A stretch of 64,000 bases of DNA. Origin: Haliotis rubra. Lineage: Eukaryota. The stretch spans positions 2,170,001 to 2,234,000 of the forward strand of contig NW_025764904.1 in NCBI RefSeq assembly GCF_003918875.1, in the 5' to 3' direction. The notes below the pieces were generated by a model. It was not told the origin of the DNA. It did no database searches and saw only the letters and a list, made by a program, of their open reading frames with translations. The translations under genes were made by a program, and so were the position numbers. Positions 13,442-25,915 of the stretch are shown here, one piece after another (position 1 is the first letter of the stretch; each line of letters opens with the position of its first letter).

Positions 13442-13909
13442 CTTTGCAATCCTTGAATAATTTGGTTGGTCGAGGCATTTCCAAAGACTATCCCGGAATC
13501 TGCCACAAGGTGACTCTGTTTCCACGTTGGTAGACTTTTCAAAGTTAGCAGCCAAATCCTGACTGATCTCCTCGCCCTGGTCCACTTGGAACATGATGAT
13601 CCAACAGCACTCGGAGATCTGAGTCTCAGGAATCTCCCAAAACTCCAGTTCCCGTCGTATGGCATTGCCGCAGATGTTGGACGGAAGATGAAGTTCAGAT
13701 GTCCTATACATATTCAGAATACAGCTGAACACGTTAGGGTCCCTGTCGAAAGAATACACATCACAAGTCCGGTCATAGTACGGACTCGACTGACTTATTT
13801 TACCCAGTTTGGTTTCAGGGAATCTTGACAAGACTTCAGTAGATGTCGTAAAGGAAAACCCGCCGACGCACAGTTTAATACGTTGTTTTGTCATACCTTT
13901 TTCTGTCAT
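13442..13909 (-). CDS. Kv channel gene 1, exon 1 (T1/BTB tetramerisation domain)
   Basis: IKLCVGG, YSFDRDP, ILNMYRTSELH; HX5CX20CC Zn motif (HLPSNIC...ISECC) of Shab/Shaw/Shal T1 domains; donor GCAAAG|gtaagc, phase 0; in-frame stop 16 codons upstream of the ATG. Confidence 0.92.
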
Positions 13910-15470
13910 GACTTTTTTTGCAAATATAAAAAAGACGTCAAAACTGGAGAATAATTAGTCTTGATTGTCCTCCGAAACAGATTCCTCTGGACATGAAGCA
14001 ATGCAACCTGGTTGAGGGGATTCGTCGTGATGTGAGTGATTCGACAAGATCACCAGTAGTTGAGTTACTGGAGATATTGTGGGGTATTGATTCTATAGCG
14101 TGCATTGCGACGAGGTTGTCGCATTGGTTACGGGTATCGATCTGACGACTTTTTTATTGAACACACTTGTCTGTCAAGGATATGTCGCTTAATTTAAAAG
14201 TACTTGAAGAACATCGATAGTGACTAATTTGTCTGTTTCATTCAACAAAATATGTTTGGAAGGGTAAGAAGTCAATGAGGTATTTCTGTATGTTTCTGTA
14301 AGGTCCGAAAGCAAATATGTAGATGTTTGTGATACAACCAGATCAAACTGACTCAGTTTCGTCATATTGATGTGAGGTAGAAGTTTTCTGTTTCGTCAAT
14401 ACGACAGCAACTGCGTCTACACCACAAATGCTTCTTTTGCATACATATAATATTTGCCTGTACATACTACACCTTGCAAGGCCCCTTGAACATCCGGGCT
14501 GGATTGAACTTCAGAAACCAATGCTTTTCTTTAGAGGCGATTAACGGGTGCTGGGAACTGGTATCATGTATCCTATACCAATCCCGTGTTTACACACAAT
14601 AAAATTTGTTTAAGGACAAATCATTTATTAATTATTATTTTTCTGATCCACAATTCAGTTTTCGTATCAATATATTTTCCTAGTATATTCGATGTGGAAT
14701 GGTTCGGGTTTATACACAATAACATTATCCTTATAAAAAATCATTCATTCATTGTTGTTTGTCCTGATAGACAAAACAGGAAATGAATCACTATACATTT
14801 CCAGTATATTTGAAGCACAAGCCTTTCGCTTTGTTTTATTCGACGATGGAGACGGATAATGAAGGCTTTATCAACTATATTTCTTTTGTCCGAGGTCTTT
14901 TTGCCGTTTCTCAATGCCAATAATCCCAACAGTAATAAGTCAAAGTTCCAACACATTTAGGAGTCGAGCTCTGTTCTATATTTAATGAAAGTCAGCGGCT
15001 ACTTAAAACCCTCTACCTTAATTATCTAAATAGCTTGAACACCAGGACGATACTCCCTAGGGGTCTGATATCAGTTGTAAATATTCATGGTCCACCTGTA
15101 TCTTTGATCGCCAGACCATTCCTAACTGTACAATCATCAAAATAAAGAAACACATTGCAAATATAAAACATTACTTTATTTCAAGAAATTGATTAATACA
15201 GCACAAAAGGCGACAATACACGCTGTACAATGTTGTAGAATTTAATATAATTGAGGGAAACGTCTTTGTGCAATAGGAACTTAATGGTGAATGACACAAT
15301 CAGAGGAACAGCAGTACCGCTGCTGGAGATGTTGTGGAACATTGATTCTAAAGGAGTGTACGATGCCACTGCAGATGTCACTTGGGTTGATAATTGATTC
15401 TAAAGGAGTGTACGATGCCACTGTGGATGTCTCTTGGGTTGATAATTGATTCTAAAGGTGTGTACGATAC

Positions 15471-15643
15471 TGTTACGTGTTCGTTTATGTGTAGTGATTC
15501 AGAACAAGGCACAACAAAAGAGGAGATGGACGATGATCCTTTTTACTTGAACATCATGGCTGACTACACCAACTAATGACGTAGCACACATATCAAAGGG
15601 ACGTAACTCGCAATTAGTGCGTTCACTTGCATACCACGTAACA
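15471..15643 (-). repeat. 3' LTR of the Gypsy element
   Basis: Matches 20139-20311; adjacent polypurine tract. Confidence 0.95.
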
Positions 15644-15939
15644 TCCCTTTTCCTTTAAAAGGAAAATAGAAAGAACACTTTAGATGAACAGTTATTAACT
15701 TTAAACTTTACCAGAACTAAACGTTGACTAGAGGCACTTTAAACGTTGAGTGAGATGAAAAGGCTTCTTTATCACCACACTTTAACACTCTAGAGTACAT
15801 ACTAATACTGAGTGATGATACTTAACTGAAACTCAACTCAACCATTTATGAGTCCTTTGGCGTAAATAAAACATCATCCTACTTGGATTAAAAGCTTCAA
15901 TGGATTAACTTTAACGTTTGAGAATGAACACTTTACAGT

Positions 15940-18900
15940 CTATGCATCATATCGCTTCGTTGGTTTCACGACACGGCCGGACCGAGTTCTGTAGGGGAGC
16001 ACTTGAACTGTCTCTGGAGTGCTCTCAGGAACAGGGTGCTGTTTGCTGACAGGGATGCCAGGAACAACACTAGTTATTGTCTCGGGAGTGTCATCGGACT
16101 GCACATTAACCCCTCCTTCAGAGTGAATAGGAGTGTTGTCTACGGCCTCAGGCTCAGGGTCGTTGTTCACAGGGTTACGCGTCAGGCGTAACTGTTGGCG
16201 ATTTCTTCTATAGGTCTGCCCAGTCTTGGACATGACAGTGTATGTGCGACTTTTCAGCTTAGATTGCACAGTGGCTTGAGTCCATTCTTTTTGTTCATGC
16301 TGAATTGGTTGCATTCTGACATGATCGCCTATGTTGAGAGGTGGGAGTGGTTTACCAGAGTATTTGCGGTTATGTCTGGCAAGTACGTTCATGCGTCTGT
16401 CGACCAGGTCGGCTGTGGTGTTGGTCTCAGACAAAGGCTTGAGGTTGGAGACCGGGCTTGGCAGGTGAGTCTTCGTTGAACGTCCAAACAGGCGTTGGGC
16501 TGGGCTGGTCTCCATACCTTCAGTAGGAGTATTTCTAATGTTTAAGAGTCCTAGGTAGGGATCTTCTTTAGCTTCTCTGCATTTTCTCATCATTCGCTTA
16601 GCGACTTTCACAGCAGCTTCTGCGGCTCCATTCGCCTTGCTGTTCCCCGGGACTGGATAGCTCGTGAGCAAGGCCCCATGTTTCACAAAATGTCTTAAAC
16701 TTCTCACTTGTGAATTGTGGACCGCCATCACTGATGATGACGCGAGGAATGCCATGGCGGGCAAAGTGATGCTTCAGTTTGTGGAGCACTGTTTCTGAGG
16801 TAGTGTCTGGTAGGAAGTCTAACTCGAAGAAGTTGCTGTAGTAATCGGTGGTTACCAAGTAGTTTCTTCCTTCTATGGTGAAGATATCACTTCCAACTTT
16901 TTCCCAGGGGGTGATCAGGAATTTCATGCATGTAGAGTGGTTCAGGAGAATGCTTGTCACAAAACTTCTGGCATATGTCACAAGATTCTATGTACTGTCT
17001 GATGTCACTTGACATCAGGGGCCAGAAAACTGTACTCTTAGCACGTCGGAGACAAGAGTTGATTCCCATGTGTCCCACATGAAGTTTTCTCTTCAGCTCT
17101 TCACGCATTGAGGCAGGAATCACAACGCGTGATCCACGGAGAAGGAGACCATCATGCACAGTCAGTTCATCACGATAACTGAAGTAGGTCCTCAGTTCAG
17201 GCGAGAGATCATTCTTGATATCAGGCCAGCCTTGCACAATGACGGTCTTGAGTTGAGAGAGTATGTCGTCAGTCAAAGTAGCTGCTTTGATCTGATCAAG
17301 GCTGTGGTCTGTGATGTTTGTGTACATCACACTGTTCACCTGTACAGGCTCTAGCTGTGTCTTGTCAGGTAGAGGAGCTCGAGAGAGAGTATCCGCAATT
17401 GGAATAGTGGTTCCTGGTTGATACTGGAGGTCAAAGTTGTAGGTTTGAGTTCTGAGTAGGAGACTTTGGAGACGAGTAGGAGCTTTTTGACAAAGGTTTT
17501 CCTCACTATGGCGACAAGAGGCTTGTGATCTGTGATGACAGACACATGTCGGCCATAAGTATAGTGATGGAATTTCTGTAGGCCGAAGACTACTGCAAGT
17601 AGTTCTTTCTCAATTTGCGCATAACGCCTTTCTGCATCAGTTAAAGAGTGACTAGCATATGCGACAGGACGGCCTTCCTGTAACAGCACAGAACCAAGTC
17701 CATGTTCACAGACGTCATTCTCAAGAGTTGCTGGTTTTGCTGGGTCATAGAATGACAATACAGGAGTAGATGAGACTAGAAACTTGACCTTGTCGAAGGA
17801 GTCTTGTTGAGACTTGGACCATGTCCAGGGTACATCCTTCTTCGTGAGGTTGCGCATTGGAGTTGTGACTTCAGTCAGGTTTGGGAGAAATTTGGCTAGA
17901 TAGTTCACTAGCCCAAGGAAGCGACGTAGTTCCTCAGTGTTGGAAGGGACAGGCATGTCATGTATGGCCCTGACCTTCTCTGGATCCGACTTGAGTCCGT
18001 CTTTCGTGATCACATGACCCATGAATGTGATTTCACTGAGTCTGAGCTCTAACTTGTTGGGGTTAAGTCGAATGTTCTTTTCTCGACATCGAGTAAGAAA
18101 CTGCTTGAGGTTCTCATCATGGTGATTGACATCTTTTCCATGTATGAGTACGTCGTCGGCGATGCACACTACGCCAGGTAGACCATCTAACGCTTCAGTG
18201 AGTTTGCGTTGGAATATCTCAGATGAGACATTCAATCCAAAAGGGAGCCTAAGCCACCTGTACCTCCCGAAACAGGTTTGGAAAGTAGTGATGAAGCTGG
18301 ATTCTTCATCGAGTACACAATGCCAGTATCCAGATGAGAGATCGGCTTTGGAGAAGACACGAGACTGTCCGAGTTCATGGAGAGTGTCCTCAAGAATGGG
18401 AAGAGTATAGTGTTCCCGTTGGAGTGCTTTATTGAGTTCTTGTGGGTCAAGACAAATCCTGAGATCACCTGAGCGCTTTTGAGTAATGGCGATTTGGCTT
18501 ACCCATGGAGTGGGCTGACTGACCGGAGCAATTACACCAAGTTTCTGCATACGATCCAGTTCAGCTTTCAGTTTCGGACGGAGAGTAATCGGCACACGAC
18601 GAGAGGGCATGACAACAGGGGTCACAGTGTCATCCACAGAGAGATGGACGGTGCCGTCAAAACTACCTAAAATCCCTTGAAGAACATCTTTGTAGTTGTC
18701 CTCAATTTGCACGTAAGACACTCGCTCAATGTTATTCTCATTGAACGACACAAGTCCCATCTGTGTAGCTGCACGTACACCAAGAAGAGGGGTCAACTCA
18801 TCCTCGACAATTGTGAATTCGACATTGTATTTCTTCATATTAGCTGGGTTGCTTACAGAGAGTCGTATTGACCCAAGTGGAGTAACGTCGGAGTTGTTCC

Positions 18901-19117
18901 ACATCTTGAGATTCTTGGTTGTGGGTTGGAGTTCACCAATCTTGTCTTGAACTACAGTCACAGGTAAAACATTCACAGAAGCTCCAGGATCGATGGTGAA
19001 GATGACGTCACAGTCCGCGACTGTCATGCGACACTGAACAGGTCTCTGAGGTTTGGCTTGTACAGAGAATACCCAATCCTCCTCATGATCCAACGAATCA
19101 TCATTCGATGATTTCAC
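15940..19117 (-). pseudogene. pol: Gypsy pol (protease-RT-RNaseH-integrase), split over 4 reading frames
   Basis: PR IDPGAS; RT LRICLD, FSKADL..GYW, LPFGL, IADD; RH YAQIEKELLAVVFG, TDHKPL; IN HVGHMG...CDIC, PWEKVGSDIF, SDGGPQF, NGAAEAAV. Confidence 0.92.
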
Positions 19118-19142
19118 ATTATTGACTTTGTGGTTTCTGTTT

Positions 19143-19968
19143 TCAAAGAGTCACATTTAGAAGAGTAATGGTTCTTGCGTTTACATTTGGAGCATGTCTT
19201 TCCCCATGCTGGACACTGTTCTTTATCATAACGTGAGTATTTCCACAATAAAGACATTCTCTGGTTTGAGCAGATGAGTGACTAGTAGTTTGTTGTCTGT
19301 TGTGAGACTGAGAAGAGTTTGAAGAGTGAGGCCTAGCCTTGTTAGCACCTTTCTGACTGTTCTTAGCAGGTCTGTGAGAAACTTTATTCACAAGTTCAGG
19401 TCTGAGAACCTTAGATTGAGTAGAGGCATTTTCAGAAGCTTTGCAAATGTCAATACATCTTTCTAGAGTTAAGCCTCGTTCTCTCAACAAAGATTGCTGA
19501 GTTGTCTGATCTCTAATCCCTAGCACAAGACGATCTCTAACAATAGAGGGTACACACTCCCTGCAATAGTTGCATGTTTTTACAAGATTTCTGATTGCAC
19601 CATGAAATGATTCAAACGATTCACCTTCCTTCTGACGTCTGTTATTGAAGACAAAACGTTCATATGTTTCATTTACTTCTCTTATTGCAAATGCATCAAA
19701 CTTTTCAATGATTTCTGCTACAGTCCTTTCCTCTTCAGGAGTAGTAAAGTGAAATCCATTATAGATTTTCATGGCATCATCACTGAGAGTGTTTAGAATC
19801 ATGGCAACTTGATACTTGTGAGGATAGTCAGATAGCTTAGTGAGAATGTAGTAGTTTCTCCATTTTTGACGAAAATGTTTCGGCAATGTTGGAGTCAAGA
19901 TTGAAGTTTGGAGGTCTAATTCCGCTAACCGGTTTGAGAACTGGTTGTGCCTGGACTTGATCTACCAT
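19143..19968 (-). pseudogene. gag: Gypsy gag (frameshifted)
   Basis: NETYERFVFNNRRQKEGESF, IVRDRLVLGI, and a double Zn-knuckle CLYCGNTH...CPAWGKTCSKCKRKNH read across a frameshift (Mag hallmark). Confidence 0.85.
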
Positions 19969-20138
19969 ATCGGTGAATAGAGAAGAGAGATTGAGTTCAC
20001 TACACATCCACAAGGACGACGCACGTGGGTTGTGTTAGGGCGAGAGTTCAACACATTACAGTAAGAGAGAGAGTCAAATTTCACTATTGAGAGCGAAATC
20101 ATACGGGCGAGAGCATTCGTAGTCACCTGCTGCCATCA

Positions 20139-20311
20139 TGTTACGTGTTCGTTTATGTGTAGTGATTCAGAACAAGGCACAACAAAAGAGGAGATGGACG
20201 ATGATCCTTTTTACTTGAACATCATGGCTGACTACACCAACTAATGACGTAGCACACATATCAAAGGGACGTAACTCGCAATTAGTGCGTTCACTTGCAT
20301 ACCACGTAACA
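20139..20311 (-). repeat. 5' LTR of the Gypsy element
   Basis: Matches 15471-15643; followed on the minus strand by the PBS. Confidence 0.95.
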
Positions 20312-20649
20312 GATACCACTGTGGATGTCTCTTGGGTTGATAATTGATTCTAAAGGTGTGTACGATACCACTGTGGATGTCGCTTGGGTTGATAATTGAG
20401 TTATATCATTTCACCTATACCGGATTCCATCCTTCCTCATAGATGTTTGCCAGATATATTCAGTATTAGATATTCAGGATAAATGCAGTGACAGTTTATC
20501 CTGAACTGGAATACATTACTGCGTGTCAGAAAAGCGTTTTACGTGTTATTAGTGTAATGTAGAATTGTCAATTGTTAAAAACTCTCGAACTGTCAGAATA
20601 TGTTCTGGGCTCCCAAGATAATACTTCCCTCTAGAAGAGGTTATATGAC

Positions 20650-20881
20650 TGTTTGTTTTATGTTTCACGCCGCACTCAACAATAACCCAGCTGTGTGGCA
20701 GCGGTCTGTAAATAATCAAATCTTACAATCCAGCTATCAACATCATGAGTATCGCATTACGCACTCGATATACGATGACATGTGTCAACCAAGTCAGCGA
20801 GTCTGACCACCCGATACCGTCAGTGGACTCTTACGACCAGCATGGGTCGCTGAAGACAGATTCTAACCGGGATCTTCTCGG
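20650..20881 (-). mobile_element. Family B retroposon, diverged copy
   Basis: Reverse-complement match to the family B consensus. Confidence 0.75.
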
Positions 20882-21079
20882 ATTAGATGTAAATGGAAAC
20901 GTTAGGTGAGTGAGTGAGTTTAGTTTTACGCCACTCTCAGCAATATTCCAGCTATATGGCGTCGAAGCACGAAGGAGGAATGTGAAACACAATTGTTATG
21001 CAAAATACAATGTACATATATATTAAAGATACTCTTCCAACTACTGTCCGTTCAAATATATTATATGACTTCAGAATTC

Positions 21080-21400
21080 CAGACTGATTTTCCATCCAGT
21101 GGATCTAAGCGCTCAACTAGCTCTATTATTCCATCGACTGTAAGGTTATGGAACACTATTCAAGGTATAAGGCATCTGCATTCCAGTTTTAGTCGTACAT
21201 AAAAGAAAATGTGTTGCACCTTCGTGTTTTTCTCATGCTGTAAAAAGTTGAATATTTATCATACCCAGTTACAATACACGAGCCAGTTAAATTATGATTT
21301 ATACAGAATACATATAAAATGTCATCCTACGTCTCAATGTTGTGATCCATATGGTTCATTGTTTATCAGAGTGTCCACTGTATAACCACCAAGAAAAATC
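21080..21400 (+). pseudogene. 3' fragment of a CR1/L2-group LINE ORF2
   Basis: SSIIPSTVRLWN, then KLNIYHTQL...LNYDLYRIHI..HP..QC-like C-terminal Zn-finger region; degenerate. Confidence 0.55.
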
Positions 21401-21936
21401 TATGTTAAGTCATCGATCTCTAGCCCGGGTTTGAAAGGCTCTAAATGATGAACAGTACGGGAGTAGCTGGGGACATTGTGGGTATTGATTGTAAAAGGTT
21501 TTGCTTTGCCACCCGGGTTGTCATTACTGATTCCACCCTTCCCTATCGATTGTTGCCAGATATATTCAACATTAGATGTTGCTGTTTGTATACAGTCAGT
21601 CACAGTGAATATACATGGCAAGTCACTTAGGTAACAAGAACTAAAATAAGTTTTAAGGGCCTTGTACTGTGTAGTGCCATTGATACAACATCAGGCAAAA
21701 CCTGTTCTTGCTGAGGCGTCAAATCACTCTGGTCTGAGAGAAGTGACCATCCCACGCATATCACATTTCATACTGACGGCGATTCCGATGCAATTCTCAT
21801 TTGGATTTGTACCATGCGTTCTCGAATTATATCAGGAGGACAATTGACTAGAATAGGGCTTTGCACTGTGTCGTCTCACTAACACAACATACACAAAACC
21901 TGTTCTTGAAGAGGTGTCATACCCCGTCTGAGATAT

Positions 21937-23427
21937 GGGTGGGCAAATAGCCCTCGGACCAAAAAAACCCTAGGCTAAATGCCCCCATGACAAAAAGCCC
22001 TTGCACAATTTCACCCATAGGATAAAACACCCTTTGTGTTGATTTTGGGTTGACAGGTGATAACACGATGTTTTCTAAGCAATTCCTCCCACTGTTGACA
22101 GTTGTTACAAGTAAGTAACATATGTAAACCCATATGCACCCAGGATCCTCAGTCACGATATTATTTTAACAATGGAATGAAGTCTGCTAAATGTTGTTTC
22201 AGAGAATTGGCTAAAATTGGTCACTTGCTCCTTACTTATCACACTGCATCATGGAGGTTCTTAGAACAATAAAGGTGGTGTCAAGCTAGCGCTAGATGGG
22301 TATATGTATACCAAGAAAAGTTATACTAGATGGGTATATGTATACCAAGAAAAGTTATACTAGATGGGCATATGTATACCAAGAAAAGTTATACTAGATG
22401 GGTATATGTATACCAAGAAAAGTTATACTAGATGGGTATATGTATACCAAGAAAAGTTATACTAGATGGGTATATGTATACCAAGAAAAGTTATACTAGA
22501 TGGGTATATGTATACCAAGAAAAGTTATACTAGATGGGTATATGTATACCAAGAAAAGTTATACTAGATGGGTATATGTATACCAAGAAAAGTTAACTAG
22601 ATGGGTATATGTATACCAAGAAAAGTTATCATACTAGATGGGTATATGTATACCAAGAAAAGTTATACTAGATGGGCATATGTATACCAAGAAAAGTTAT
22701 ACTAGATGGGTATATGTATACCAAGAAAAGTTATACTAGATGGGTATATGTATACCAAGAAAAGTTATACTAGATGGGCATATGTATGCCAAGAAAAGTT
22801 ATACTAGATGGGTATATGTATACCAAGAAAAGTTATACTAGATGGGTATATGTATACCAAGAAAAGTTATACTAGATGGGTATATGTATACGAAGAAAGT
22901 TATACTAGATGGGTATATGTATACCAAGAAAAGTTATACTAGATGGGTACATGTATACCAAGAAAAGTTATTCTAGATGGGTATATGTAAACCAAGAAAA
23001 GTTCAAATATTAGTCGTACTGGGTGGCAATGTACAAATAGATCAGCCTTGGATTGTCCCAGTATTCCACACACCAACCTGAATATAGAAGACCCGATCGT
23101 GACAAAGGAACGCAATCATCCTTCTGACACTACCAAAGTCAGTATCACCACGTTCAGGAATAAACTGTATGATAGTGTTCCTGTAGCTATTTATGTGCCA
23201 TTATATATGCGTCATGTTGCTGATGTTAAATCTTATATACTATTTTAAATAATATATTCATGTGAGAATAAATTAATGTGCTGCAAAAGGATTTGTTGGT
23301 ATTCTATTACATCTTTTCATTGAGGGCCTTTTTTTCCTAACCATTGAGGGCTTTTTGTCATGGGGGCGTTTAGCTTAGGGACGTTTTGCCTGGGGGCTTT
23401 TTTCTGAGTGGGCCTATTATCCTACCC
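21937..23427 (+). mobile_element. Non-autonomous Mutator/MULE-like element with a FLYWCH remnant
   Basis: Imperfect TIRs (CCTAGGCTAAATGCCCCCATGACAAAAAGCCCT versus AGGGCTTTTTGTCATGGGGGCGTTTAGCTTAGG); internal KGGVKLALDGYMYTKKS...WQCTNRSALDC...RNHP. No TSD found. Confidence 0.7.
22293..23003. repeat. 34-bp minisatellite, ~21 near-identical copies (TAGATGGGTATATGTATACCAAGAAAAGTTATAC)
   Basis: Period 34 (22293, 22327, ...); head-to-tail units with no spacers. Confidence 0.97.
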
Positions 23428-23897
23428 TCCACACAATTCCCTATTTTGACTTATACCATACGTTCCCGAATTATTTCAGGTGAACAATTGACTAGTCTAT
23501 GCATATGTTTATGACACGTGGCACAGGTAGAGCAGGATACGCTCACCTTTTCGCGAACACCTGGTATCATCACTATGTCATAGTGATTCATAAATACATG
23601 CTCTGTCATCGTATCGTATGGTGACAATCACTGGATTATCTGGTACGGACATGATTTGTTTACAAACAACATCGTACAGTCCTAATACTGCTGAAACAAG
23701 TAAAATATATACTAATGATATAGTCACAATTGTAAATCGACTCTGCTTTTAACAGAGATTTCTTATGGATGTGGAAAGGGTTTGTCAGGGGCGCTGTCTA
23801 GTGGTTCAAATGACTTTACCCCCACCTGTCCGCTCTGCCCGACCTCCCCAACATACAGCCAGACTGGTAGAAACCAATCCCCCTCGAAGGGCCTTAG

Positions 23898-24112
23898 ACC
23901 GTGAAGATCTGTGTTAGAATTGGTCTTCAGCCACCCATACTTGTCGTAAGAGGCGACTAACGGGATCGGGTGGTCAGGCTCTCTGACTTGGTTGACACAT
24001 GTCATCGTATCCCAAATGCGTAGATTGATGCTCATGTTGTTGATCACAGGATTTGCTGACTCGATTTTTTACAAACCGCAGCCATATAGCAGGAATATTG
24101 CTGTGTGCGGCG
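23898..24112 (+). mobile_element. Family B retroposon
   Basis: Consensus match from ACCGTGAAGATC to GCGGCGT. Confidence 0.8.
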
Positions 24113-24484
24113 TCGAAGGGTCTCGAGCAAGGAACTTTGAGACGGGTGTGAGGTATGGAGTTGAGTCTAATCCATGGTTGTTATTCACACCACAGAAGCC
24201 GCCATATAGCTGGAATATTGCTGACTACGGCGTAAAACTAAACTCACTCACACCACAGAACAACCTTATCAAAAAAAGCTCTTGACATTTTACGGACGCT
24301 TCATTATTGTTCTCACAAACATTTATCATGAGTGAGATTAGATCAGTGACTTTAGATTTATGTCGCTTTCAGCAACATTTTCGGAGACACCACTTTGTAT
24401 CTATGTATACATTCGAACCTGTGTCTCCGGCGTGACGAGTGAACACTTTAACCACTAGGCTACCCCACGGCCTCTAACATATAA

Positions 24485-24706
24485 TATTGATCTTCAGTAA
24501 CCCATGCTTGTCGTAAGAGGCGACTAACGGGATCGGGTGGTCAGGCTCGCTGACTTGGTTGACACATGTCATCAGTTTCCAATTGCGCAGATCGATGCTC
24601 ATGCTGTTGATCACTGGATTGTCTGGTCCGGACTCGATTATTTACAGACCGCCGCCAATTATCTGGAATATTGTTGAGTACGGCGTAAAACTAAACTCAC
24701 TCACTC
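24485..24706 (+). mobile_element. Family B retroposon, 5'-truncated, with a family A-type (ACTC)n tail
   Basis: Consensus match; ends GGCGTAAAACTAAACTCACTCACTC. Confidence 0.8.
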
Positions 24707-25673
24707 AAGCAAACATACTTCTGTTGGTACACGGCCACACATTTGAATATTGCAAATTGTTTTGTGCAAAATTCCCTAATTAAACGTATTTACCTTTAGT
24801 CTCATGGCAATACAAATAAATTATGTTTACATTACAGCTTCTTATGGATGTGGAAAAGGTTGTGTCGCTTTTCATTATAGCATTGATGTGGATAAACACG
24901 TCAGGACAATAGGTTTAATCCATTTCTGTTTCTTCTTATTCCTAGCGTATGTTCTGAAAACATCGTGCACTGACTGAACTAACACAGAAAGACTTTCAGT
25001 AAGTTCTTTTTATTTGTTATTTTTGTAATCAACAAATCGGCATGGATAATAAAATACAAAATGAGAATTACTGAATATACAAAAATGTACGGCCACCTAT
25101 ATCTGTGCTCCTCCGAGTAATATATCGATCCAGTGACCCAGTACACAAGTGTATTTACACATCACTTAAGGCGGTCGTTTTCATTCGACTATCCAAAGTC
25201 GCTTTAAGTGTAATATCCGCCTAAACAAAAATGCGGTATGTGTTTAATACTAGACTAAGAACCATGGAGGCTAGCATTAGTCAACAGAAAAGCCATTATA
25301 ATTCAAGAACTTCTTTATATGTTTCTCACGATGTTTCTGGGCTAGTTCTTGTCCCTCAGGTGGATGTGTTGGGTTAAACGTCGTGAGAAATAAATAAAGA
25401 AATCGTTATCCATACGATTTGTCTTGTATGACTACACCAGCTTCTAAATGCCATTTCGCCATTATAGTGGTTTCTACTTAGATATCCTACATATTTGCAG
25501 TAAGAATGGAATCACATTATGAAATTCCGTTTATAAGAATTCTTTGCAACATTTAAGGTATATCGGAACGGAAGAATGTATTTAATATTACATATTTTGT
25601 CCGGATGCAGAGTCAGAACAGATCCACAATGCTTTTGTTATGAGGTTACTAAGGCAGTCCACAGACATATAAC

Positions 25674-25915
25674 ACCCGTGGGGATCCGGGTTAGAATTGA
25701 TCTTCAGTAACCCATGCTTGTAAGAGGCGACTAACGGCATCGGATAATCAGGCTCGCTGACTTGGTTGACACATGTCACCGTATCCCATCTGCGTAGATC
25801 AATGTTCATAATGTTGATCCCTGGATTGTCTGGACCAGACCTGATCATTTACAGACCGCCGCCATATAGCTGGAATATTGCTGAGAGCGGCATAAAACTA
25901 AACTCACTCACTCAC
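25674..25915 (+). mobile_element. Family B retroposon, full length
   Basis: ACCCGTGGGGATCCGGGTTAGAATTGATCTTCAGTAACCC head through (ACTC)n tail. Confidence 0.87.

Larger units (their letters stand above)
15471..20311 (-). mobile_element. Full-length Ty3/Gypsy LTR retrotransposon, Mag-like clade
   Basis: LTRs 15471-15643 and 20139-20311 (173 bp, no differences found by eye, TGTTACGTG...CACGTAACA); 5-bp TSD GATAC; PPT AAAGGAAAAGGGA next to the 3' LTR; PBS TGATGGCAGCAGGTG resembling the complement of the tRNA-Leu 3' end; gag-PR-RT-RH-IN order. Confidence 0.97.
15341..20399. repeat. 52-bp tandem repeat (~4 units) split by the Gypsy insertion
   Basis: ATTGATTCTAAAGG unit at 15341, 15393 and 15445 (interrupted at 15470), resuming at 20312 and 20343. 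Confidence 0.85.

Noticed and set aside
19117-19260. Programmed gag-pol ribosomal frameshift
   Set aside because: Several other indels break the element and Mag-type elements usually have one ORF, so this cannot be distinguished from error or decay.
22293-23003. CRISPR-like array (34-bp repeats)
   Set aside because: Units are head-to-tail with no unique spacers, there are no cas genes, and the context is eukaryotic.
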